Position numbers and translations under genes: made by a program | Assembly (NCBI GenBank): GCA_049521895.1 | Contig: JBEKOJ010000001.1 | Span: 418,717-482,716, forward strand | DNA from: Candidatus Saccharimonadales bacterium | Lineage (GTDB): Bacteria; Patescibacteriota; Saccharimonadia; Saccharimonadales; UBA10212 | DNA: 64,000 nucleotides | Direction: 5' to 3' | Part shown: in pieces, positions 33,894-44,611 of the stretch | Layout of the letters: each line of letters starts with the position of its first letter | Position numbering within the stretch: the first letter of the stretch is position 1 | Notes under the pieces: model-generated | Told to the model about the DNA's origin: nothing | The model's database searches: none | What the model saw: only the letters and a program-made list of their open reading frames with translations

Positions 33894-35133
33894 AAATAAT
33901 CAAGATAAGGGCTCGGTTGAGTTCAGCTATATTACCCTGGCAGACGGCAAGAAAGTTAGCGGTACTATAGCTGCCCCTTTCCGTGAGGCAGCCATTGCTG
34001 CTCTGCGCCAGCAAAATATCAAACCGCTTAGCGTACGCGAGGTGAAGGCAAAAAAGAGCCTGCTTAATATATCCATCGGCAAAGCCAAGGTTAAAAAGCG
34101 TGATTTGGTAATCTTTACCCGTGAGCTTTCTACTATGGTTAGTGCCGGCGTACCACTGCCGCGGGCACTTGGGACACTGTCCGACCAGTCGGAGAATAAA
34201 TATTTCCAAGAGGTAATTATCGGTATAAATCACGAGGTCGAAGGTGGCGCCCCGTTAGCTGATGCTATGGCCAAATATCCTAATGTATTTAGCGATGTTT
34301 ACGTGAATATGGTTCGGGCCGGCGAAGCCGGCGGGATTTTAGATGATATTCTTAAACGCCTAGCTACCCAGGTAGAAAAAGACGAAACCATCCGTAAAAA
34401 AATCCACGCTGCTATGGCCTACCCGATAGTCATTCTGACCATTACCATCATTGCTTTCTTTGGCATCATGATATTCATTTTACCTAAGATCGCCAAGATT
34501 ATTAAAGACTTAGCTGGCCCCAACGCCCAGTTGCCAGTTTACACGCGGGTACTAATGAGTATCAGTAATTTTATGCAGCACAATTTCATTTTTATCTTCA
34601 TCATCTTGGCACTAGCCATTTGGGGTTTTCAGCACTATATAAGTACCCCTAAAGGACTTTATGCCTGGCACGGTTTTTTGCTACGTACGCCTATAATTGG
34701 ACCAGTAATAGCTAAAATCGTCGTGGCGCGCTTTTCGCGTACCTTTGCTTCGCTTATGGGCTCCGGCGTCAGCATACTCGAGGCTTTGGAGGTAACTGGC
34801 AAAGCAGTTGGCAACCGTGTTGTCCAAAAAGAGCTGGCTGACATTGCTATCAACGTTAAAAATGGCCAACCGCTGGGCAAGCAGCTAATGGAAGCTAAGT
34901 TCTTCCCGCCTATTGTCGGACAGATGATGGCCGTGGGCGAAGAAACTGGTAAAATCGATCAGGTGTTGGTCAAAGTAGCCGACTTCTATGAGGAAGAGGT
35001 AGATGCTGTAATTGATGGTCTGGCCGCCGTTATTGAACCCATCATGATAATCATCCTTGGTGCTATCGTAGGGGTTATTGCGGCATCGGTTATGGGACCA
35101 ATTGCCAATCTATCTAAACAAATCAATGGTTAG
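33883..35133 (+). CDS. pilC: type IV pilus platform protein PilC (GspF family)
   Basis: 416 aa with two GspF repeats and three TM segments. It overlaps the pilB stop. Confidence 0.9.
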   Translation: MKHKNNQDKGSVEFSYITLADGKKVSGTIAAPFREAAIAALRQQNIKPLSVREVKAKKSLLNISIGKAKVKKRDLVIFTRELSTMVSAGVPLPRALGTLSDQSENKYFQEVIIGINHEVEGGAPLADAMAKYPNVFSDVYVNMVRAGEAGGILDDILKRLATQVEKDETIRKKIHAAMAYPIVILTITIIAFFGIMIFILPKIAKIIKDLAGPNAQLPVYTRVLMSISNFMQHNFIFIFIILALAIWGFQHYISTPKGLYAWHGFLLRTPIIGPVIAKIVVARFSRTFASLMGSGVSILEALEVTGKAVGNRVVQKELADIAINVKNGQPLGKQLMEAKFFPPIVGQMMAVGEETGKIDQVLVKVADFYEEEVDAVIDGLAAVIEPIMIIILGAIVGVIAASVMGPIANLSKQING

Positions 35134-35258
35134 GTTTACCTCTATCCACATCTTTGCTTGACAAGCTTATGCTTATATTTATACAATCAAGCTCATGGAA
35201 CGGCTGCGTTCAGCGAATATACAAATTAGTTGATAAACCATATTAGAAGGGTGGGAAT

Positions 35259-35711
35259 ATGCTTTCATTAAAAAAATATAAGAACCAAGGTTTCACCATC
35301 GTTGAACTTTTGATAGTCATCGTGGTAATCGGTATCTTGGCCACATTAGTAATTACTACCTATAACGGTGTGCAGTCCAAGGCCCGCGATACTAAGCGCA
35401 AGACGGACATTAACGCTCTCCAGGGCCAGGTGGAAGCTTTTAATACCAACGCTGGCTACTACCCGACTTTAGCGAATATCAATAGTTCTACCTGGCGCAC
35501 GACCAATATGAAGGGCTTGGATCCATCAGCACTGCAGGATCCGCAGGGTAGCGCACAGACTCTGGTAGCTTCACCGGCGACTGGTTCCTACGCCTATGCG
35601 GCTGCGCCTAGCGGTTGTGATGATGTTACAACCAATTGTACTAGCTATACTCTGACTGCCACGCTCGAGAATCCGGCCGGTAGCACTTATGCTAAGACTG
35701 GTACTGACTGA
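35259..35711 (+). CDS. pilA: major type IV pilin
   Basis: 150 aa. Leader ends ...KNQG|FTIVELLIVIVVIGILA with Glu at +5. A strong terminator follows. Confidence 0.85.
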   Translation: MLSLKKYKNQGFTIVELLIVIVVIGILATLVITTYNGVQSKARDTKRKTDINALQGQVEAFNTNAGYYPTLANINSSTWRTTNMKGLDPSALQDPQGSAQTLVASPATGSYAYAAAPSGCDDVTTNCTSYTLTATLENPAGSTYAKTGTD

Positions 35712-35728
35712 TCCTAGCAATTAGGTAC

Positions 35729-35767
35729 AACAAACCCGGAAGGATGTAGCTTTCCGGGTTTGTTTAT
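35729..35767 (+). terminator. rho-independent terminator after pilA
   Basis: ACAAACCCGGAA / TTCCGGGTTTGT 12-bp stem followed by TTAT. Confidence 0.7.
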
Positions 35768-35849
35768 AGCTAGCCACAGACTGTTGTCTGACTCTTTTCA
35801 AACCCTTTAATGTTATACTCGTAGCTATAAGGATAACCAGTATTAACAG

Positions 35850-36923
35850 ATGAAGCCGGTGAACTTTTATCACGACCAGCCGTTGTTCGGTCTGGACATT
35901 GGGCACTCCAGCTTGAAAGTCATGCAAGTAGACACAACTGGTAAGGCCCCAAAGATACTGGGTTATGGAGTAGCTGATTATCCGCCCGAGGTTATCAAGA
36001 ATGGGGTCATTGTCGACCACAAAACACTATACGACTGTTTGTTCAAGCTTTTGAACAAAGGCTTACTGGGTTATATCGATACCGGCCGGGTAGTGTGTAC
36101 CATTCCAACAGCTTTTACCTTTAGCCGCTCGATGAAATTACCGCCCATGGACCGTTCGGACCTTACCGAGGCCGTCAATCTTGAGACCGAACAATATATC
36201 CCCGTACCGATTGCTAACTTATATATTGATTACGAGATTGCGCGCGAGGATAAAGATGGCATAGAGTTGCTGATGGTGGCTTCGCCAAAAAATATTGTTG
36301 ATAGCCGCGTACAATTTTTAGAGAAGGTCGGCTTAGAACCAATAGCGCTGGAGCCGACTATGAATGCTGCCGCTCGGTTGTTCGCCGTTGCGGACTCGTC
36401 GCATAACCAGCCGTCTATCTTGATCGACTTTGGCTCGGTCGCTATAGATGTGGCGGTTTTTGACCAGACGATGTTTGTCAACACTACTGTGATCGGTGGT
36501 AGTGATAACCTTACTGATCTTATTGCCAAGCAACTAGGAGTTTCTGCGACTAAAGCCTACGAGCTCAAGAATAGCCACGGTATTGCGCCTGGCCCCAGGC
36601 AGCACGAGATTAAAGAGGCAACTAAGCCAATGCTGGACAACTTGATCCGTGAAATCCAAAAGATTATTCGCTACTATGACGAACGACAAACACAACTCCA
36701 CCACAAACTCGTCCAGATTATTACTATTGGTGGTGGCGCCAATATGCCCGGACTTAGCGACTTTATATCCGCCGAGCTACATATGCCCACACGCAAACTT
36801 GACCCTTGGCAAACTATTGACTTTAACAGTTTGCCTACGCCCGATGATCTAGACCGCTCGATGTATATAACTGTCGCTGGCGCGGCCATTTTAAATCCAA
36901 AGGAGATTTTTTCGCGTGATTAA
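35850..36923 (+). CDS. pilM: type IV pilus assembly protein PilM (actin-like ATPase fold)
   Basis: 357 aa with LFGLDIGHSSLKV and IGGGANMPGL motifs. Confidence 0.85.
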   Translation: MKPVNFYHDQPLFGLDIGHSSLKVMQVDTTGKAPKILGYGVADYPPEVIKNGVIVDHKTLYDCLFKLLNKGLLGYIDTGRVVCTIPTAFTFSRSMKLPPMDRSDLTEAVNLETEQYIPVPIANLYIDYEIAREDKDGIELLMVASPKNIVDSRVQFLEKVGLEPIALEPTMNAAARLFAVADSSHNQPSILIDFGSVAIDVAVFDQTMFVNTTVIGGSDNLTDLIAKQLGVSATKAYELKNSHGIAPGPRQHEIKEATKPMLDNLIREIQKIIRYYDERQTQLHHKLVQIITIGGGANMPGLSDFISAELHMPTRKLDPWQTIDFNSLPTPDDLDRSMYITVAGAAILNPKEIFSRD

Positions 36924-37515
36924 TCTATTGCCACCAGAAAGGGCTATACGTATCCGTTACGGCCGTGGTAACAGTCTGCTTATTCAGTGGTTGATCTCTA
37001 TGGGCATAGCCATAGTTGGCTTAGTGCTGATAGTAGCTAGTGGCGTAGTTTATATTAATCAACAATCAGGTGATCTGAAAAAAAATATTGCTACTGATAA
37101 TGAACAGCTAACTACTGGAGATATCGGCCAGGTGGAAGCTAATGTTAAGGCCATAAGCAGCGATGTCAAACTCATCAACCAGGTCCTCAGCCGCGAAATC
37201 CGTTTTTCGGACCTGATGCAACAAATCGGCAAGGTCATGCCAGCTGGTACTGTTTTGAGTTCTTTGACCCTGACAAACATCAATGGCGCTATGGATATTA
37301 CTGCCAATACATTAGATAACCCTTCGGCGGCTCAGATTGCAATTAACCTAAGCGATCCTGGTAATAATCTGTTCACGCACGTTGATATTGTCAGTATTGC
37401 CTGCGCGAATGACCATCCTACTTCGCCTTATCCCTGTGTTGCTACTTACAGAGCCCTATTCAGTAAATCAGCCTCCAGCCGCTTTTTGAACGTAGCTAAA
37501 GGGCCAGACCAATGA
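36916..37515 (+). CDS. pilN: PilN-like pilus assembly protein
   Basis: Starts MINLLPPE (the INLLP motif) and has a single TM helix. It overlaps pilM. Confidence 0.7.
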   Translation: MINLLPPERAIRIRYGRGNSLLIQWLISMGIAIVGLVLIVASGVVYINQQSGDLKKNIATDNEQLTTGDIGQVEANVKAISSDVKLINQVLSREIRFSDLMQQIGKVMPAGTVLSSLTLTNINGAMDITANTLDNPSAAQIAINLSDPGNNLFTHVDIVSIACANDHPTSPYPCVATYRALFSKSASSRFLNVAKGPDQ

Positions 37516-38168
37516 AACCTTTTGACAGCAAACAGTTGCGCTGGATACTGCTAGGGGTTTTAGGGCTGACAGTTATATTATTCATCGGCATTGCTTATTT
37601 TGGGTTGTCCATGCTGGGCAGCAAAAGCCAAAAAATGGTCGACTTAAAACTGCAAAGCGCAGCCGCGGAAAATCAGCTTACCAGTCTTGACGTGGCAAAG
37701 AAAGAAATCAAGCAATACGGTTACTTTAAGACAGTTACTGGGGAAGTTATACCCAATGATAAAGACCAAGCGGCAGCAGTACTCCAGATAAACCAGTTTG
37801 CCGCCAGTGCCGGTTTTCGGCTTCAGGGTATATCTTTCCCAAGCAGCAACTTAGGTTTGACTACCAGTGGCGCCTCGGCCAACGCCCAGACCGCTTCACC
37901 ATCAGCTATAATCAGCCAAGCTACCCCTGTAAATGGTATACCGGGTCTATATAGTGTCCTGCTTACTATTACTCCGCAGACTGACCAGGATCTACCTGCC
38001 AACCAACAGGTTACATACGACAAGCTGCTGGCTTTTCTAAACAGCATAGAAAATAACCAACGTACGGCCCAAATCACCCAGGTAACAGTTACGCCAGTAT
38101 ATAATAGCGACGGCTCATTCCGCTGTCTGAATTTTACACTTTCTATTAATATATTCTTAAAGCCATGA
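37512..38168 (+). CDS. PilO-like pilus assembly protein
   Basis: 218 aa with a single N-terminal TM helix and a coiled segment. It is translationally coupled within the pilMN operon. Confidence 0.5.
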   Translation: MKPFDSKQLRWILLGVLGLTVILFIGIAYFGLSMLGSKSQKMVDLKLQSAAAENQLTSLDVAKKEIKQYGYFKTVTGEVIPNDKDQAAAVLQINQFAASAGFRLQGISFPSSNLGLTTSGASANAQTASPSAIISQATPVNGIPGLYSVLLTITPQTDQDLPANQQVTYDKLLAFLNSIENNQRTAQITQVTVTPVYNSDGSFRCLNFTLSINIFLKP

Positions 38169-38476
38169 AGAAAAATCTTAACTTTGATTTCAAGGCCGTC
38201 TTGCCGCGTCTTAAAAAACTGCAAAAACAATTAGCCGCGCACCGGGCCTTTATAACTATCCTGGCTGTGCTGCTGGCCTATGTCTTCATACTCTGGCAGA
38301 TCAACCGTCTCGCCACCGCTGAACCTTCACCGGACGCCCTGTCTGCCACTAACTCCACCAGCAGCGTTCCATCAATTGACAGTAATGCCATCAAACAGAT
38401 ACAAACCCTAGAACAAAATAGTCCTAGTGTGCATGTACTGCTGCAAGCGGCCCGCAATAACCCCTTCCAAGAGTAG
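38165..38476 (+). CDS. small membrane-anchored protein, last gene of the pilM operon
   Basis: 103 aa with a single TM helix and a 4-nt overlap with the upstream gene. Its stop codon lies inside the inverted repeat arm at 38470-38487. Confidence 0.45.
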   Translation: MKKNLNFDFKAVLPRLKKLQKQLAAHRAFITILAVLLAYVFILWQINRLATAEPSPDALSATNSTSSVPSIDSNAIKQIQTLEQNSPSVHVLLQAARNNPFQE

Positions 38477-38642
38477 ATCTTCGCACCGCCCGTCCTGTTG
38501 CCTGGCAAAGCCAGGCATGCCGGCGGACTTCTGGCGCATTACTACGTCAGCGTCTCCGTTGCTCGTTCGCCGTATGTTAGATACGACTTACTGCGCTACT
38601 CGTCGCTTCCTTGTACTGTATCCAGGTGCGAAGATCTACTCT
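38470..38642. repeat. 18-bp perfect inverted repeats enclosing 137 bp (MITE-like or long-stem RNA)
   Basis: AGAGTAGATCTTCGCACC (38470-38487) is the exact reverse complement of 38625-38642. An internal 7-bp hairpin GCCTGGC-AAA-GCCAGGC spans 38500-38516. Confidence 0.8.
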
Positions 38643-38696
38643 GCTCCGCAAGCTCAAATGCGTAAACCCTTCCTCTTGAAAGCAAGTTTCTGGAAT

Positions 38697-38718
38697 AATA
38701 CTTAACTTGTTAAGTATT
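38697..38718. repeat. hairpin palindrome copy 4 (AATACTTAAC-TT-GTTAAGTATT), intergenic
   Basis: 10-2-10 dyad lying between the pil operon end and the convergent stop of 38723-39379. Confidence 0.95.
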
Positions 38719-38722
38719 TATG

Positions 38723-39379
38723 CTACAGGCCCTCTTTGCCGGCTTCGCTTTCGGCATAACTTTGCCGGGCTTCCAAAATACGCTCGGCATAGATGTCTGG
38801 AGTTGGACACCAAGGAAAAACAAAATTATCCTCTTCGCCAGCGGTTTCTATAGTCAATGTCCCGTAACCAAAAATAGTAGCCAAAAAACCCTTGTGCTCG
38901 GCTGTTACGTCCTGCACATTAGACATGGAAAGCCTTGAGATCTTACGGATAAATAGACCTCTTTGGATAACTTGTATCAAACTCCTATTACTGACAACCA
39001 GCCGGCTCTGCCGGTAAATATAGGTTGCTACCAGCAGCACCAATGCCACTAGCGCCACTACTATGATTGCAATAGCTATCATCAGTGTGTAGGCCTGCCC
39101 GGAGAGGTTATCCAAAAAGCTCGGCGCTAAAACTTTTATCAAAACCACTACGGCGATTAAGCCGGCCAAGGCCTCGAGGTAAATCGCTATAATGCCAATC
39201 GGGTGGCGGTGCACAATGGTAACTATGCGCTCGCCAGGCTCCAACATATCGCTATTTGATTTGGATATCGGGGGAGACGATGGCTGTAGATTAACAGGTG
39301 GTGGAGATGGCACCGGTATTTGAGCAGGGGGTGGCGGAACTGGTACCGGAGGTGTTGGCATGGGAGTCTCAGGCTGCAT
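38723..39379 (-). CDS. membrane protein with bacterial PH (YdbT/bPH_2-like) domain and Pro-rich N-terminus
   Basis: 218 aa. The segment GERIVTIVHRHPIGII followed by two TM helices and a C-terminal beta-rich domain resembles the bPH_2 family. Confidence 0.6.
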   Translation of the reverse strand: MQPETPMPTPPVPVPPPPAQIPVPSPPPVNLQPSSPPISKSNSDMLEPGERIVTIVHRHPIGIIAIYLEALAGLIAVVVLIKVLAPSFLDNLSGQAYTLMIAIAIIVVALVALVLLVATYIYRQSRLVVSNRSLIQVIQRGLFIRKISRLSMSNVQDVTAEHKGFLATIFGYGTLTIETAGEEDNFVFPWCPTPDIYAERILEARQSYAESEAGKEGL

Positions 39380-39469
39380 GGCTCGATTATATAGCTTCGC
39401 GCCAGGAAAACTTTATTTTTAAGGATTGTTTTCTTGGGCTCGGCATATAATTCTCCTTAATCAGCTGAA

Positions 39470-40507
39470 TTATAACAGGCTAGGCTGGGATTTTGTGGCT
39501 TTTGGTTTCTTACCTAGGTGCTGCCAGGCTTTCGGTGTAACCTTACGACCGCGCGGTGTGCGTTCCAGTAACCCAATCTGCATCAGGTATGGCTCAATAA
39601 AATCCTCAATGGTGGTACGCTCTTCGGCGGTCAAAGCCGCCAGCGTTTCTACGCCCACCGGCCCGCCATTGTGGTGTTCAATGATCACGCCGAGTAAATG
39701 TCGGTCGGCGGGGTCCAATCCCAGATCATCAATTTCCAGCAGCGCCAGAGCTTCTGTAGCCAAAGCCTCATCAATTATGCCATCACCGTTAATATCGGCA
39801 TAATCACGCACTCGCTTTAGCAGACGGTTGGCAATGCGCGGGGTCAGGCGAGCGCGGCCAGATAATAAATCAGCCGCCTGCTTGTCAATTGGCACATCTA
39901 GTATTTTGGCCGAGCGGTTGATAATCCGACTTATCTCTTCCGGCGTATAAAATTCCAGTCGGTGGATCATACCAAAACGGTCACGCAACGGCGGCGCCAG
40001 CGCGCCGGCACGAGTAGTAGCGCCAATGATGGTAAATTTGGGCAAATCCAGCCGCAAACTGCGTGCGCTCGGGCCTTTGCCCAGCATTATATCTAGCTTG
40101 AAGTCTTCCATGGCCGCGTATAGCACTTCTTCTATCACGCGGTGCAAACGATGGATCTCGTCGATAAACAAGATGTCACCATCCTGTAGATTAGTCAGCA
40201 GGGACGCCAAATCACCGGCCCGTTCGATTGCCGGGCCGCTGGTTACGCGAATTTGCGCCCCCATTTCATTGGCTATCACACCGGCTAATGTAGTTTTGCC
40301 CAAGCCCGGTGGTCCATAAAGCAAGATATGGTCGATCGGCTCGCCGCGTTTTTTGGCGGCATCAATTGCCAGTTTAATGTTTTTTTTCAGACGTTCCTGG
40401 CCAACGTAATTTTTAAAATCACGCGGGCGCAGAGTTTGTTCCAACTCTAACTCTTCCGGCTCGTCCTTGCCGGCAGTATTGATAATCCTTTCAACCGCCA
40501 TACCCAC
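39470..40507 (-). CDS. ruvB: Holliday junction branch migration helicase RuvB
   Basis: 345 aa with Walker [10 protein letters not shown], Walker B FIDEIHR and the RuvB C-terminal winged helix. Confidence 0.95.
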   Translation of the reverse strand: MGMAVERIINTAGKDEPEELELEQTLRPRDFKNYVGQERLKKNIKLAIDAAKKRGEPIDHILLYGPPGLGKTTLAGVIANEMGAQIRVTSGPAIERAGDLASLLTNLQDGDILFIDEIHRLHRVIEEVLYAAMEDFKLDIMLGKGPSARSLRLDLPKFTIIGATTRAGALAPPLRDRFGMIHRLEFYTPEEISRIINRSAKILDVPIDKQAADLLSGRARLTPRIANRLLKRVRDYADINGDGIIDEALATEALALLEIDDLGLDPADRHLLGVIIEHHNGGPVGVETLAALTAEERTTIEDFIEPYLMQIGLLERTPRGRKVTPKAWQHLGKKPKATKSQPSLL

Positions 40508-40533
40508 ATTCTAACATTTGCTATGATGAACCC

Positions 40534-41109
40534 ATGAAAGAGTTCCTAGCCATAGACATAGCTTTGCTGCCACCTGACGAAGTTATGGACACAGTAATAG
40601 CTATAAACAAAAGCCATAAACCTGATTTTTTGTTAAATAAAACCTCTCGGTTGCCTCACATAACTCTTTGCCAAGCAACTATAAAAAACAGGGATATCCC
40701 AAAACTTGCATTACTACTAGAAGAAATTGCCTCACGGCACAATCCTCTTATTTTGAAAGCAAAACTTGTTAATACACCCTACAGGTATTTCAAAATAGAT
40801 AGGACCAAGGACATTGATAATCTACATGACCAAGTAATGGCTAGCTCTAAAAACCTTATATTATATGACATAAAACCAGAGTACTTCTACGATTCTCCTG
40901 TAAGAGAAAGCAGTGTTGAATATGTGCGTAATTTTCAGAAGAAAGCTGCTTATGAGAAATATGATCCTCATATAAGCCTAGGTATAGTCAAGCCCACTTC
41001 GCATGAACAGGCCATTAGTTTTGTTACTAAGCGTTTAACTATCTGTCACCTCGGTAACTACAACACCTGCCGTAAGATTCTTTTTGAAACGGTACTGAAG
41101 GAAAGGTAG
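40534..41109 (+). CDS. 2H phosphoesterase superfamily protein (LigT-like)
   Basis: 191 aa with two H-x-T/S-x motifs (PHITLCQ and PHISLGI). Confidence 0.65.
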   Translation: MKEFLAIDIALLPPDEVMDTVIAINKSHKPDFLLNKTSRLPHITLCQATIKNRDIPKLALLLEEIASRHNPLILKAKLVNTPYRYFKIDRTKDIDNLHDQVMASSKNLILYDIKPEYFYDSPVRESSVEYVRNFQKKAAYEKYDPHISLGIVKPTSHEQAISFVTKRLTICHLGNYNTCRKILFETVLKER

Positions 41110-41186
41110 CAGCGACCGGTTCCGCGTAGCGGAAACTGGATTCACTCCAGTAGGGAGCGCCGGAGGAAAACCGTAGGTTGTCTTCC
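41097..41186 (+). ncRNA. R-type structured element, copy 2 (orphan, between the 2H phosphoesterase gene and ftsH)
   Basis: Homologous to 16675-16762 with the same ends and covarying hairpins. No tRNA follows it. Confidence 0.5.
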
Positions 41187-41189
41187 GGA

Positions 41190-43061
41190 TTAATTCAAAA
41201 TGGCGGCTTTGGGGAGATGTGAGCCCTTAAGGATTGTTAGAACTTCTTTGGCTTCCACGGTTTCTTTTTCTAACAGAGCCTTTTTGAGGTCTTCCAATTT
41301 GTCCATGTTAGCCTTAAGCACTGCCCGGGCCCGGGTGGCAGCTTCGGTAATCAAAGCTTCTACTTCATCATCGATAACCTTAGCGGTTTCGTCCGAATAC
41401 TGGCGTTCGTGGACTAATCTTTCTAGCATCATGCCCTCGTCCACTTGGAAGACCTGATCGCGCAGTTTTTTGCCCATGCCTTGGTTTACAATCATGTCAC
41501 GGGCCAGTTCGGCCGCCTTTTGCAAATCAGAGCCCGCCCCAGTTGTTACCCTATCAATACCGTAGATTAACTCTTCGGCAACCCGTCCACCCAACATGCG
41601 CGCCAACACATCTTTATATTCAACAATGCTGTGGTAGCTTTTATCCTCGGGCGGGATGAACCAAGTTACACCGCCAGTTGCCCCGCGTGGGATAATGGTA
41701 ACTTTGTGGACCATGTCGCTATCTGGCAGCACGTGGCCGACTATGGCATGGCCAGCCTCGTGATAGGCTGTTAGTTCCTTTTCTTTATCGCTCATGATCT
41801 TACTTTTGCGCTCTGGGCCAATGGCAACTTTTTCAAAGGCTCCAACTACATCTTCGTCCTCAATAACTTTGCGGTTATGCCGGGCGGCCAAAATTGCCGC
41901 CTCGTTGGCTATGTTAGCCAGATCTGCGCCGCTGCTACCGGCACTTTTGGCTGCCAACGAATCCAAATCCACGTCTTTGCTGACCGGCTTTTCAGCAAAA
42001 TGCACTTTTAGTATGGCTTCGCGGTCTTTGCGGTCGGGTAAATCAATATTTACCCGCCGGTCAAAACGTCCGGGGCGCAGCAGTGCCGGGTCTAGCACAT
42101 CCGAGCGGTTTGTAGCCGCCAGAACTATTACGTTTTGTCCCTGCTCAAAGCCATCCATCTCTACCAATATTTGATTGAGTGTTTGTTCGCGCTCATCGTG
42201 TCCACCGCCCATGCCGGATCCGCGGCGGCGGCCAACGGCGTCAATTTCGTCTATAAAAATGATGCATGGGGCGTTTTTCTTGGCCTTGTTAAACAGATCG
42301 CGCACCCTACTGGCGCCCACGCCTACGAACATTTCTACGAACTCTGAGCCACTGATGCTAAAAAATGGTGCGTTGGCTTCACCAGCTACCGCCCGTGCAA
42401 GCATGGTTTTACCGGTACCCGGTGGCCCAATTAACAGAACTCCCTTGGGAATTTTGGCCCCTACGCCCTCAAATTTCTTGGGGTATTTAAGAAACTCCAC
42501 TACTTCTTGCAAATCTTGTTTAGCTTCGTCGCTACCAGCAACATCTTTAAAACTGATGCGGTTTTTCTCATTACCATAAAGCCTAGCCCGGCTTTTGCCA
42601 AAACTTAAGGCCTGGTTCCCTTGCCCTTGGGCGCTACGGAACATAAATATAATCAGTACAACTATAATCACTACCGGAAGTACCCCTGTGAGTAAGCCAA
42701 TCCAGATACTGTTGCTGCTGGAGGGCGGAGCATTGGTCAAGACGACTTTGCCTTGCTGCAACCCCTGTTGATAGATACTGGAGCCGTCTTCTTTATAGGA
42801 TTTTTCGGTAGCTTTGGCCTGGCCTTTAGGGGTGATGTCCAATTCATCGCCCTTAACGGTTATCTGCTGGGTTTTACCACTGTTAGCATCGCTAATTACC
42901 TGCGAGAATGGAACGGTTTTAAGTTGGCTTGGTTGATTAAAGGCCGCAAATATAATCAGCCCAAAAAGAATGATTAAAGCCAAGAAGCCAACGTTCTTAA
43001 AATTGTTACGCCGTCGGTCATCGCTCCCGCCTCCAAGGCGAAACTGGTTTCTACCATCCAT
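41190..43061 (-). CDS. ftsH: ATP-dependent zinc metalloprotease FtsH
   Basis: 623 aa with AAA+ Walker A GPPGTGKT, the SRH region and the HEAGH zinc motif. Confidence 0.97.
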   Translation of the reverse strand: MDGRNQFRLGGGSDDRRRNNFKNVGFLALIILFGLIIFAAFNQPSQLKTVPFSQVISDANSGKTQQITVKGDELDITPKGQAKATEKSYKEDGSSIYQQGLQQGKVVLTNAPPSSSNSIWIGLLTGVLPVVIIVVLIIFMFRSAQGQGNQALSFGKSRARLYGNEKNRISFKDVAGSDEAKQDLQEVVEFLKYPKKFEGVGAKIPKGVLLIGPPGTGKTMLARAVAGEANAPFFSISGSEFVEMFVGVGASRVRDLFNKAKKNAPCIIFIDEIDAVGRRRGSGMGGGHDEREQTLNQILVEMDGFEQGQNVIVLAATNRSDVLDPALLRPGRFDRRVNIDLPDRKDREAILKVHFAEKPVSKDVDLDSLAAKSAGSSGADLANIANEAAILAARHNRKVIEDEDVVGAFEKVAIGPERKSKIMSDKEKELTAYHEAGHAIVGHVLPDSDMVHKVTIIPRGATGGVTWFIPPEDKSYHSIVEYKDVLARMLGGRVAEELIYGIDRVTTGAGSDLQKAAELARDMIVNQGMGKKLRDQVFQVDEGMMLERLVHERQYSDETAKVIDDEVEALITEAATRARAVLKANMDKLEDLKKALLEKETVEAKEVLTILKGSHLPKAAILN

Positions 43062-43088
43062 ACTGCAGATATTATAGCAGGCAGATCA

Positions 43089-43994
43089 TCATCTGTTGCT
43101 AAAGTGTGCTTCTGTAGCACCAACTACCAAGCTTAAGTTCTTGCCGACATCAACCTTAGTGTTTGGTCTGGCAGTTTTTAGCGCAAGATTCAACCGCTCG
43201 ATAGTTTTTTCATCAAACTGATTGTTTCCATTGGCTTTTAACCAAAAAATAATCAGTTCGTTGGCAATTACCGTAGGCATAGTTGCAAATTTACTACGAT
43301 CAACATGATCATTACTAGTAATAGTATGCGATAAGGTCGCAATTATATTGTTTAGCTCTAGTCTATTTTTTGCGACTTTTTCTATATTTTTAACTAATTC
43401 TTGTTTCTGTGAAGCTTTTAGTCTAGGGATAATTTGCAGGCGGATATAGTTGCGCAGATACTTCGAATCCTTGTTGGTGCTATCTTCGTGCCAGCCAAGC
43501 TTGTGGTATTTAGCATACCTGACAATTTTAGTTTTAGGAGTATTAATTAACGGCCTGACAATCCCGGGATTGTCCATTATTGATGTTAGTCCCCGTCGCC
43601 CAGTACCGCGTAAGATGTTAATGAGAGCCGTTTCAATCAGATCATCCTGGTGGTGGGCGGTAATTATTGCTCTGGCTTTATGCCGCTTTCTCAGCGCGTT
43701 TAAAAATGCGTAGCGGGCATTTCTTGCCTTTTCCTCGCTAGCTGCAACGCCGAGTTCACCATGCCCGACCTCAAATTGCAGCCCGTATCTTTTGGCCGCT
43801 CGTTTAACAAGCTTCTCGTCCTTTGAGGCATCACTTCGTATACCGTGGTTGAAATGAGCTACAACTAGCTCAACATCTGGCTTTTTTGATAGCAAATCAA
43901 GCAGAGCCATAGAGTCTACGCCGCCACTGACACCAAGAACGTACTTGCCGGGTTCTATCTGAATATTCATAATCAAACCTCCTCTATTCGGCAT
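43089..43994 (-). CDS. tilS: tRNA(Ile)-lysidine synthase
   Basis: PP-loop LGVSGGVDSMAL. The start could alternatively be the Met at 43970. Confidence 0.85.
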   Translation of the reverse strand: MPNRGGLIMNIQIEPGKYVLGVSGGVDSMALLDLLSKKPDVELVVAHFNHGIRSDASKDEKLVKRAAKRYGLQFEVGHGELGVAASEEKARNARYAFLNALRKRHKARAIITAHHQDDLIETALINILRGTGRRGLTSIMDNPGIVRPLINTPKTKIVRYAKYHKLGWHEDSTNKDSKYLRNYIRLQIIPRLKASQKQELVKNIEKVAKNRLELNNIIATLSHTITSNDHVDRSKFATMPTVIANELIIFWLKANGNNQFDEKTIERLNLALKTARPNTKVDVGKNLSLVVGATEAHFSNR

Positions 43995-44490
43995 TTGTGG
44001 GTTGACGCCGGCAGCTATATTCTTTACCGGTCAGATAGATGATTATCAGATCAAAGATAGTTAGTGCTATTAAGCCAACAGAGAATTTATAGCTAATCCT
44101 ATAAACCTGGTAAACCACGAACAAGCTAGTTACTGTTATTAGCGCGACGTATGCCCAAAGGTGATTTCTTAGCACCTCAACCACTAAAACCAGCTTTACG
44201 ATGCCGTGGCTCAGTAGATAAGCAGCACCAAAGGTCAGTGAAGTACCGCTGAGGCCATGGGCGGTTTTTAGAATATGGTTAGCGATAAAGTCATGTGGAT
44301 CCTCTGACAGTTCGCCTTGGGTCAGTCTGGCTGCCCAGCGGTTAATCTCATCGGGTGTGATGAGTAACAGCAAAATTCCACCAAGCGCCTCTAGTAGGCC
44401 ATCTAGTCCCTTAAGATAAAGGCCGATCCTAAAAGCTTTGTCGGTGGCGGTTTTAGGGTGTTCGACCGGATTATAGTCGAGTTTATTCAT
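43984..44490 (-). CDS. small polytopic membrane protein (DUF2127-like)
   Basis: 168 aa with four hydrophobic helices. Confidence 0.55.
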   Translation of the reverse strand: MNKLDYNPVEHPKTATDKAFRIGLYLKGLDGLLEALGGILLLLITPDEINRWAARLTQGELSEDPHDFIANHILKTAHGLSGTSLTFGAAYLLSHGIVKLVLVVEVLRNHLWAYVALITVTSLFVVYQVYRISYKFSVGLIALTIFDLIIIYLTGKEYSCRRQPTNAE

Positions 44491-44534
44491 AGGTTAACGG
44501 GTTAAAGAACCCAGACTATGAGTTCCAGCACTTT

Positions 44535-44611
44535 TGGTAGCAGCGACAGGAATCGAACCTGTGACCTCGGGCTTATGAGTCCCACGCTCTAACCAACTGA
44601 GCTACGCTGCC
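44535..44611 (-). tRNA. tRNA with anticodon CAT (elongator Met or Ile2/lysidine substrate)
   Basis: Cloverleaf by eye with loop CTCATAA and CCA encoded. There is an A31/G39 mismatch at the base of the anticodon stem. tilS lies about 0.5 kb away. Confidence 0.8.
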
